Of a stretch of 64,000 nt of DNA, positions 42,732 to 49,688 are shown in pieces (the first letter of the stretch is position 1; every line of letters begins with the position of its first letter). Below the pieces are notes generated by a model. That model did no database searches and was not told the origin of the DNA. It saw nothing but the letters and a program-made list of their open reading frames with translations. The stretch is from Terriglobia bacterium. GTDB taxonomy: Bacteria > Acidobacteriota > Vicinamibacteria > Vicinamibacterales > CAVVIG01. The position numbers and the translations under genes were made by a program. Location of the stretch: assembly GCA_020073005.1 (NCBI GenBank), contig JAIQFX010000007.1, positions 51,712 to 115,711 on the forward strand, given 5' to 3'.

Positions 42732-42766
42732 GACTCCCGACTCCCGACTACCGACTAACGACTCGT
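42732..42766. repeat. Heptamer array (GACTCCC)x2-GACTACC-GACTAAC-GACTCGT
   Basis: Read directly; it overlaps the stop (42748-42750) and last codons of the ActD-like gene. Confidence 0.88.
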
Positions 42767-43242
42767 CCGGCGCCGAGTGCGTTCTGGATCCCGGCGCGCA
42801 GCCCTTCAGTCGGACTCTCGACGCCGACGAGAATCTTTCCGTCGCTCACCGCGACGTCGTACAACGCGTTCTCGCGCGTCGGGATCTTCGCCGTGATGAA
42901 CAGCGTGACGACCGTCGCGAGGATGCCGCCGAGCATCGTCAGCTCGAACATGACGATCAGGTTCGGCCACCACGACACGATCGGCATGCCGCCGGTCTGC
43001 AGCGGCCACGCCAGCTCAGTCATCCGTGTCAGCCAGGTCCCGAATGCCAGCCCGAGCGCCCCGCCGCCGCCGGCGATCCAGTAGAGCCACGTCGCCTTGT
43101 CGCGGTGGCTGAACTCGTACTCCTCGATCGGCTCGGACGAGATGACGACGATCTCCTTCTCGGGCACACCCGCCTTGCGCAGGCTGTCCACCGCCTTCTG
43201 CACCTCGTCCGGTTCGCTGTAGAGCGCGTAGAGAACGCTCAC
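42748..43242 (-). CDS. ActD-like (DUF3341) membrane subunit of an alternative-complex-III-type module
   Basis: 164 aa from GTG 43242 (GTGA overlap with the ActC-like stop, GAGGA upstream). YALYSEPDEVQKAVDSLRKAGV...EIVVISSEPIEE, then two TM helices. Confidence 0.72.
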   Translation of the reverse strand: MSVLYALYSEPDEVQKAVDSLRKAGVPEKEIVVISSEPIEEYEFSHRDKATWLYWIAGGGGALGLAFGTWLTRMTELAWPLQTGGMPIVSWWPNLIVMFELTMLGGILATVVTLFITAKIPTRENALYDVAVSDGKILVGVESPTEGLRAGIQNALGAGRVVSR

Positions 43243-44594
43243 GGATTGGTCCTCAGGATCGCGTGTTCTTTGACCTGCGCCGCGGTCTCGATCGGGAACG
43301 GATGCTCGCCGACCTTCAGCTCCCAGATCGAAATGATCGGCACGAGCTTCGAGAAGATCGTGTAGAGCAGCCCCATCGCCGCGAACGTGGAGATCATGAT
43401 CATGATCTCCGGTGGGCCCGGACGATAGCTCCCCCACGAGTACGTGAGGTACTTGTGGCTGAGCGTCGGCACGATGATGAGGAACCGCTCCAGCCACATG
43501 CCGACGACGACGGAGCAGGACGCGATGACGCAGCCGGTGACCGTGCGCAGCTTCCTCAAGGAGAGGATCGGGAACGGAATGACGAAGTTGCAGACGACCA
43601 TCAGCCAGTAGAGCGGCGAGTAACCGCCATCCTGCGTGGCCCAGAAGACGTTCATCTCGCTCGTGCCGTTGCCGTACCAGGTCGTGAGCCGCTCGGCGAA
43701 GACGAAGTACGCCCACAGCAGGCTCATCATCAGGAGCAGCTTGCCGAGATTCTCGAAGTGCACCGGATGGAGGTAGTCCTCGAGGTGCAGGAACTTGCGC
43801 AGCGCCGCCATCGCGATGATCAGCGCCGCGATGCCGCTGAAGATCGCGCCGGCCACGAAGTACGGCCCGAAGATCGTCGAGTGCCAGCCGGGCACGGGCG
43901 CCATCGAGAAGTCGAACGAGACGATCGTGTGGACGGAGACGGCGACGGGGATGATGGCGATCGCCATGATCTGCATCGCCGATTCGAGGCGATGCCACTG
44001 CTTCGTCGTCCCCTGCCATCCGAGCGCGAGCGCGCCGTAGAACTTCCTCCGAAAGCCCGTCGTCTTGTCGCGAACCAGCGCGAAGTCCGGAATCATCGGC
44101 AGCAGGAGGAACAGCACGCTGCCCGTCAGGTACGTGCTGATCGCGAAGAAGTCCCAGACCAGCGGCGACCGGAAGTTCGGCCAGATGAGCCGCTGATTCG
44201 GGTACGGCACCAGCCAGAAGAAGAGCCATGGCCGCCCGAGATGGATGATCGGAAACATGGCGCCGATCATCAGCGCGAACGCCGTGATCACTTCGGCGCA
44301 CCGCGTCACGGGACGCCGCCAGCCGGCGTTGACGAGACGCAGGATCGCGGAGATCAGCGTGCCGGCATGGCTGATGCCGATCCAGAACACGAAGTTCGTG
44401 ATGTAGAAGCCCCAGAAGACGGGCCACCGCTTGCCGCTCTCGCCGAAGCCGTTCCAGATCTGGTACATCCACGCGATTCCGCCCATGAGCACGATGCCGC
44501 CGAGGACGGCGACGAGCAGGAAGAATCGCCAGGACGTGTGGAGCAGCGGCCTGAGCAGATCGTCGGTGATCCGCTTCGCGGTGGCTTCCTTCAT
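43239..44594 (-). CDS. NrfD/PsrC-family integral membrane quinone-interacting subunit (ActC-like)
   Basis: 451 aa, ~10 TM helices, NrfD-type pattern (FWGFYITNFVFWIGISHAGTLISA). ATGA overlap with the upstream Fe-S gene. Confidence 0.82.
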   Translation of the reverse strand: MKEATAKRITDDLLRPLLHTSWRFFLLVAVLGGIVLMGGIAWMYQIWNGFGESGKRWPVFWGFYITNFVFWIGISHAGTLISAILRLVNAGWRRPVTRCAEVITAFALMIGAMFPIIHLGRPWLFFWLVPYPNQRLIWPNFRSPLVWDFFAISTYLTGSVLFLLLPMIPDFALVRDKTTGFRRKFYGALALGWQGTTKQWHRLESAMQIMAIAIIPVAVSVHTIVSFDFSMAPVPGWHSTIFGPYFVAGAIFSGIAALIIAMAALRKFLHLEDYLHPVHFENLGKLLLMMSLLWAYFVFAERLTTWYGNGTSEMNVFWATQDGGYSPLYWLMVVCNFVIPFPILSLRKLRTVTGCVIASCSVVVGMWLERFLIIVPTLSHKYLTYSWGSYRPGPPEIMIMISTFAAMGLLYTIFSKLVPIISIWELKVGEHPFPIETAAQVKEHAILRTNP

Positions 44595-45283
44595 ACCTGG
44601 GTCTGCCGCGCGAGATAGGTGACCTTGGGCAGCGTGCCGAGCTCCTCGAGCAGTTTCGCGCCGCGCGTGGACCGCGAGAGGCGCGACACTTCACTTTCGG
44701 GATCGTTGAGATCGCCGAACACGAGCGCCTTCGCCGAGCAGGACTGCACGCACGCCGGCTCGATCTCGCCGTCCTTCAGCTCGCGCTTCTCCGCTTTCGC
44801 GTCGATCTCGGCCGCGCTGATCCGCTGCACGCAGAACGTGCACTTCTCCATCACGCCGACTTCGCGCACCGAGACGTCGGGATTCAGCTGCAGGTGCAGC
44901 GGCCTGGGCCACTTCGGGTTGTAGAAGTCGAAGAAGCGCACGTTGTACGGGCAGGCGTTCGCGCAGTAGCGCGTGCCGATGCAGCGGTTGTAGACCTGCG
45001 CGTTCAGCCCCTCGTCGGTGTGATGGCTCGCATAGGTCGGACAGACGGGCTCGCACGGCGCCGCGTCGCACTGCTGGCACATGACGGGACGGAACTTCAG
45101 GCGCACGTCCGGGAAGTCGCCTTCCCAGTAGCGCTCGACGCGAATCCAGTGCATCGCCCGGCTCTTCGCCGCCTGCACGTCGCCGACGACGGCGATGTTG
45201 TTTTCCGCATGACACGCGGTCACACACGCGCCGCATCCGGTGCAGCGATCGAGATCGACGGTCATTCCCCAGCGATGTGGCAT
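44591..45283 (-). CDS. 4Fe-4S dicluster subunit (ActB2/PsrB-like)
   Basis: 230 aa. CTGCGACVTAC, CQQCDAAPCEPVCP, CIGTRYCANACP, CTFC..C..CP cluster motifs. Confidence 0.87.
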   Translation of the reverse strand: MPHRWGMTVDLDRCTGCGACVTACHAENNIAVVGDVQAAKSRAMHWIRVERYWEGDFPDVRLKFRPVMCQQCDAAPCEPVCPTYASHHTDEGLNAQVYNRCIGTRYCANACPYNVRFFDFYNPKWPRPLHLQLNPDVSVREVGVMEKCTFCVQRISAAEIDAKAEKRELKDGEIEPACVQSCSAKALVFGDLNDPESEVSRLSRSTRGAKLLEELGTLPKVTYLARQTQV

Positions 45284-45306
45284 CGGTACCCTCAGGTATT
45301 GACCAC

Positions 45307-45384
45307 TGAGGACACGGAGGAAGAAACCCGGTTGGGTACGTACACCAGATTCCTACTTCCGTGTCCCCCGTGTCCTCCGTGGTT
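45307..45384. repeat. Intercistronic inverted repeat (GAGGACACGG / CCGTGTCCTC) with 9-nt direct repeats TTCCGTGTC-CCCCGTGTC-CTCCGTGGT
   Basis: Read directly in the 109-nt spacer between the MopB and Fe-S genes. 10-bp arms at 45308-45317 and 45368-45377. Confidence 0.7.
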
Positions 45385-45392
45385 TGTCTTCG

Positions 45393-47567
45393 TCATCGTT
45401 CCTGCCGCCGCCCCTCGAACGGGTTCTCTCGCATTTCGCCGGCGAACAGAATCAGCCGTCCGTCGTTGCCGCCCGCGCGGGTGATCTTCACGCGCGTCGC
45501 GGCCCAGGCGAGCGCGCCCGTCTCGGATTCCGTCAGCGGCGCCAGAATCCCGATCGGGTTCACGCCGCGCTTGCTCGCGTAGCGCGTGAAATTCTCATGC
45601 CCCTGCCCGACCGGCATCGCGACGACGTCCTCGGCGATGCCCGGGAAGACCACGACCGGCGCCTGCAGCGTGCCTTGCGACGACGTGATGTCGACGATGT
45701 CGCCGAGCGCGACGCCGAGCCGCTCGGCGGTGCGCGGGTTGATCTCGATCCAGCTGCTCCACATGCCCGACGTCAGCGGGTCCGGCATTTCCTGCAGCCA
45801 CGGCAGGTGCGCCGTCGAACCGTCGAGGAACGCCTGCGACGCGTACGGCAGGAAGTGGAACGGGAATCCCGCCGCGTCGCCGTCGAAGCGCGGCGGTTGA
45901 TACTTGACTGCGGTGGCTGGTGGCTGGTGGCTGGCGGCGGACTCCCGACTCCCGACTGGAGCCTTCAACATCTCTTCGTAGCTCTTCCACGGGAGCGCGA
46001 CCGGCGACTTCAGCTTCCCCGCGATCTCGATCACGACATCCGGCGTCGAGCGCGTATTGTGCAGCGGCTTCATCGCCGGCCCCGCGACGGTCGACACCGC
46101 GTCGAGCGCGCCGGACTCCGGCTGGCTGTCCACCCACGTCTCGAGGAACGAATGGTCCGGCAGGATCAGGTCCGCGTAGAGGCTCGTCTCATCGAGGAAG
46201 CTGCCGAAGCTCGCGATGAACGGCACCGTGTCCAGCGCTTCACGGACCTTCCACGCCTTCGGCGATGCGAAGACCGAATTGGCGTCGTCGATGAGCATGA
46301 CCTTCACCGCCAGACCCGCATCGGCACCTGACTGCGGCGCGGTGGCTGGGGGCCGATGAGGGGTCGCCGGGGACCGGCCCACCCCAGGCGTGAAGAACAC
46401 ACCGCCCGGCTGGTCGACCGCGCCGAGCAGTCCATTCAGAGCGTTCACGGCGAGCGCGTTGAACAGGCCGTTCGTGTGCGCGAGCGGCGCGCCGCCGATC
46501 ATCGCGACCGACGGCCGGAACTCGACGAGCTCGTGCGCGAGCCGCTCGATGCGCAGCGCGCTGACGCCGGTGATCTTCTCGACGTTCTCCGGCTTGAAGT
46601 CCTGCAGACCGCCCGACCAGCCGTCGATCGCCGCGCCCGCGCGTCCGGCCGCGTCTGCCGGCCGCAGTTTGTTTCGCAGAATGATGTGCGCGAGGCCGAG
46701 TGCGAGGACGCCTTCCGTGCCCGGCTTCACGGGAACGAACTCGTCGGCGCTCGCGGCCGTCAGCGACATGCGCGGCTCGACGTGCACGAACCTGGCGCGC
46801 GTGCCCCCGGAAGCCTGTCGTCCTTGTCTCATGACGCCGTAGCCCGCGTTCTGCGAGACCGGCGAGTTCCAGGTGCCCAGAAAATCCGCGCCGAACGCGA
46901 GGACGTAATGCGCGCGCGCCAGATCGAACGTCGGCAGCTGCTCGTGGCCGAAGCTCACCGCGTTGGCGCGGCGGAGGACGTCTTCGGCGAACAGCTCGAA
47001 ACCGATCGGCGCCGGCGCGCCGAAGCGCGACAGAAATTCGGCGAACAGCTCGAGCCGGCGGCTGCGCCGCGGCCGCGCGAGCAGCACGAGCGACTTCTGA
47101 TCCTTCGCGTCTGCGAGCGCGTTGAGCTGACCGGTCAGCTCCGCGATCGCCTCGTCCCACGTGACCTCTTTGTACTCGCCCGTGCCCCGCGCGCCCGTGC
47201 GCTTCATCGGATGCGTCAGGCGATCGGGGTGATACGTGATCTGGATCGCGGCCTGACCGCGCGGACACAACCCGCCCCGGCTGATAGGGTTCTTCGGATC
47301 GCCTTCCAGCTTCTTGGCGACCATCATCTTCACGACGCCGGCCTGCCCGTTGCGCACGGTCTCGACGTCGGCGTCCATCACGCGGACGCTGAGGCCGCAG
47401 CCCGCGCGGCACAGCGGGCACACGCTCGGCTTGAACTCCGCGATGCCCGGCACGATGTCATCGTCCGGGACGAAGCGGATCAGCTGATGCTCGGGGTTGC
47501 CACAGCTCGCGAGCGTGGCGCCCGCCCCGGTCACCGCCGTCAGCTTGATGAAGTCGCGTCGGTCCAT
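45393..47567 (-). CDS. Tat-exported molybdopterin oxidoreductase-family subunit (ActB1/PsrA-like)
   Basis: 724 aa. Tat signal MDRRDFIKLTAVTGAGATLASC and N-terminal 4Fe-4S motif CPLCRAGCG...CPRG. Contains the in-frame repeat insert at 45912-45960. Confidence 0.85.
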   Translation of the reverse strand: MDRRDFIKLTAVTGAGATLASCGNPEHQLIRFVPDDDIVPGIAEFKPSVCPLCRAGCGLSVRVMDADVETVRNGQAGVVKMMVAKKLEGDPKNPISRGGLCPRGQAAIQITYHPDRLTHPMKRTGARGTGEYKEVTWDEAIAELTGQLNALADAKDQKSLVLLARPRRSRRLELFAEFLSRFGAPAPIGFELFAEDVLRRANAVSFGHEQLPTFDLARAHYVLAFGADFLGTWNSPVSQNAGYGVMRQGRQASGGTRARFVHVEPRMSLTAASADEFVPVKPGTEGVLALGLAHIILRNKLRPADAAGRAGAAIDGWSGGLQDFKPENVEKITGVSALRIERLAHELVEFRPSVAMIGGAPLAHTNGLFNALAVNALNGLLGAVDQPGGVFFTPGVGRSPATPHRPPATAPQSGADAGLAVKVMLIDDANSVFASPKAWKVREALDTVPFIASFGSFLDETSLYADLILPDHSFLETWVDSQPESGALDAVSTVAGPAMKPLHNTRSTPDVVIEIAGKLKSPVALPWKSYEEMLKAPVGSRESAASHQPPATAVKYQPPRFDGDAAGFPFHFLPYASQAFLDGSTAHLPWLQEMPDPLTSGMWSSWIEINPRTAERLGVALGDIVDITSSQGTLQAPVVVFPGIAEDVVAMPVGQGHENFTRYASKRGVNPIGILAPLTESETGALAWAATRVKITRAGGNDGRLILFAGEMRENPFEGRRQER
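45912..45960. repeat. In-frame heptamer arrays inside the MopB CDS: (GGTGGCT)x3-GGCGGCG-(GACTCCC)x2-GACTGGA
   Basis: Read directly. The same two unit families occur in intergenic arrays at 23564-23591 and 42732-42766. On the minus strand it encodes ...PVGSRESAASHQPPATAV... Confidence 0.85.
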
Positions 47568-47604
47568 GAATGTGTAGCGCGAGCCTTTCAGGCGAGCGTC
47601 ACCG

Positions 47605-48183
47605 TTAGTAATGACACGTCAAACAGTCATTCGGCGCCTTCTTGGCCGCATGACAGTTCACGCAGAAGCCCATCGTGTGATTGACCGATCGCTCGGCGAC
47701 CGTCTGCTGCGCCAGATCGCCGTGGCACGTCGCGCAGTCGACGCTCGCCCGGATATGCGGCGCGTGATTGAAGCGCACGTGCGACTCGTGCGTGAAGCCG
47801 TACACGCGCTGCCATGGAATCTCGATGCCCTTGTCCGCGTACGCCGTGACCTGCTTGATGAGCGGCTTGTCCGTCGCGATCTGGCTGTGGCAGATCATGC
47901 ACGTCTTCACGCTCGGGATGCCGGCGATCGGCCCCTTCTCGACGCTCTCGTGGCAATCCGTGCACAACGCCTTCTTCGCGATGTGCGTCTTGTGCGGAAA
48001 CGGGATCGGTTGCTCGGGCTTCGACCGGATCGTGAAGAACTCGCGCGCCGCGTCTGCCGCCGTCCGGTGCGCGGGCGAGTACACCGCCGGCGACACCTGC
48101 TGCGTGGGATCGGTGATGCTGCACGCGCCCGCGAGGAGCGCGCACACCACGACCGCAGACGCCCGCCGGACGGCCCGGATCAT
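47605..48183 (-). CDS. Pentahaem cytochrome c, ActA-like (c7/c3-type)
   Basis: 192 aa. Lipoprotein-type signal (VVCALLAGAC), FPHKTH, and five CxxCH (CTDCH, CMICH, CATCH, CVNCH, CLTCH). The start overlaps the upstream stop by 1 nt (TAATG). Confidence 0.85.
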   Translation of the reverse strand: MIRAVRRASAVVVCALLAGACSITDPTQQVSPAVYSPAHRTAADAAREFFTIRSKPEQPIPFPHKTHIAKKALCTDCHESVEKGPIAGIPSVKTCMICHSQIATDKPLIKQVTAYADKGIEIPWQRVYGFTHESHVRFNHAPHIRASVDCATCHGDLAQQTVAERSVNHTMGFCVNCHAAKKAPNDCLTCHY

Positions 48184-48590
48184 TACTTGGCCTGGAGGCT
48201 CCGGAGATAGTTGACGACGTTCCAGATGTCGTTTTCCGACATCTTGCTCTTGTAGCCCTTCATGTCGAACTTCGGGCCGGCGCCGTCACGAATGACGAGA
48301 AAGATCTCGCCGTCGGTGGACCCGCGGTCCCACTTGTCGTCGGTCAGATTCGAAGGATGCGTGCCTTCGGGCGCCATCGGGCCGTTGCCCTTCGCATCCG
48401 TGCCGTGGCAGAAACGGCAGTTCTTCTGGAACGTCGCCTGGCCGGCCTTGATGGACTCGGCGTTCGCGGCGACGGGGTTCTTCATCTTCTTGCCGTCCGG
48501 GCTGCCGCCCGGGTTCTGCGCCGCGACGGCGACGGTCATGACGACGGCGCACGCGAGCGCGGGAATGAGGACATTCGAGATGCGACGCAT
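48183..48590 (-). CDS. Monohaem class I cytochrome c
   Basis: 135 aa from ATG 48590 (AAGGAG upstream). Signal MRRISNVLIPALACAVVMTVAVAA and a single CRFCH. The longer ORF start (48674) translates the repeat region and is rejected. Confidence 0.82.
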   Translation of the reverse strand: MRRISNVLIPALACAVVMTVAVAAQNPGGSPDGKKMKNPVAANAESIKAGQATFQKNCRFCHGTDAKGNGPMAPEGTHPSNLTDDKWDRGSTDGEIFLVIRDGAGPKFDMKGYKSKMSENDIWNVVNYLRSLQAK

Positions 48591-48637
48591 GGAATAGGAC
48601 TCCTTATGAACTGGCCGGGAGATTCTACAACGAAAAA

Positions 48638-48698
48638 CGCAGAGACCGCAGAGACCGCAGATCACACACCTCACTCTGCGTGCTCAGCGAACTCTGCG
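48638..48698. repeat. 9-nt direct repeats (CGCAGAGAC)x2-CGCAGATCA followed by two inverted CTCTGCG copies
   Basis: Read directly in the spacer between 48729.. and the monohaem cytochrome gene; can fold into alternative hairpins. Confidence 0.75.
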
Positions 48699-48728
48699 TT
48701 CATTGCCGTGAGCCCGGCGCGATCGGGA

Positions 48729-49688
48729 CTACTTGACGACGGTGATCGTCACTTCCTCGTCGGCGTACAGCGCGCCGTCGTCGGCGCGGCAGCGCAGCAC
48801 GTAGGTCCCGGGCTCGCTGAACGTCACATGGACGTCCTGCGTGCCGTCGTCGGGAAGCTTGGGCGGCGTCCAGAGCGGGGCCCACGGCGAGTTGGCGCCG
48901 GCACGCGTGTCTTCCCAGGGCTTCACCTGCGGCGGATCGAACGTCACCTTCGCGCCGACGGGCTGGCGGTAGACGAACCACGACGTGTGGAGTCCGGTCA
49001 CCTTGCCAACCGTGATGCGCGAGGGCGGCGACATCGACGGATTCCGGATCGCCGTCGCCAGTTCCGGATTGGCCGCGGCGGCCTGCTGCGCGCGCGCGAG
49101 CGCGGCGAGCGACGGCGCGCGTCGCTTCGGAATGCCGTCGTCCTTTACGTCATCGACGAACGTGACCGGTTCACCGGCCTTGATCGTGCGGGACCGCAGT
49201 TCTTCGATGTGGACGGTCGGCGGCTTGTTGCCGCGCACTTCCGGGCTGCTCGTGCCCGCGCCGAGCGCGCCGGTCTCCGACGCCTTCACGACGTCGTCGA
49301 CGATGTAGTCGGGGCGCAGCGTGGCGTAGGCCTTCTCGGTCTTGCCGTGCGACGTGAGCGTCCAGATCAGCTCGTCTTTCTCGCCGAAGTTGGCGGGCAC
49401 GCGGACTTTGAAGATGAAGCGGTTCCGTCGCGGGAGGAAGTGCGTCGGCTGACCCTGATCGACGCCGCCCGCGTTGAACCCGTTCTCGGGTCCGACCGGC
49501 ACGTCGACCTCTTCCTCCCAGTTGCGGTTCATGTACCCGAAGAGGAAGTACTTCGTTCCGTCAGGCGCCTTCTCCCATCCCTCGTACGCCGGCGCGACGT
49601 TCTGTCCCCAGGTGTACGAGAGCGACTGGGCGTTGGTGCGAGCGATCCCCGCGCACGCCAGGACGATCGCGATGGCGCATCTCTTCAC
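48729..49688 (-). CDS. Secreted hypothetical protein with C-terminal Ig/PKD-like beta-sandwich
   Basis: 319 aa from GTG 49688 (GTGA overlap, AGGA upstream). Signal VKRCAIAIVLACAGIARTNA. The C-terminus HVTFSEPGTYVLRCRADDGALYADEEVTITVV resembles PKD-type strands. Confidence 0.6.
   Translation of the reverse strand: MKRCAIAIVLACAGIARTNAQSLSYTWGQNVAPAYEGWEKAPDGTKYFLFGYMNRNWEEEVDVPVGPENGFNAGGVDQGQPTHFLPRRNRFIFKVRVPANFGEKDELIWTLTSHGKTEKAYATLRPDYIVDDVVKASETGALGAGTSSPEVRGNKPPTVHIEELRSRTIKAGEPVTFVDDVKDDGIPKRRAPSLAALARAQQAAAANPELATAIRNPSMSPPSRITVGKVTGLHTSWFVYRQPVGAKVTFDPPQVKPWEDTRAGANSPWAPLWTPPKLPDDGTQDVHVTFSEPGTYVLRCRADDGALYADEEVTITVVK

Noticed and set aside
48591-48674. Longer start for the monohaem cytochrome (MRCVICGLCGLCVF...)
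   Set aside because: The Cys/Leu-rich leader is the translation of the CGCAGAGAC 9-mer repeats. ATG 48590 has an AAGGAG and gives a normal signal peptide.
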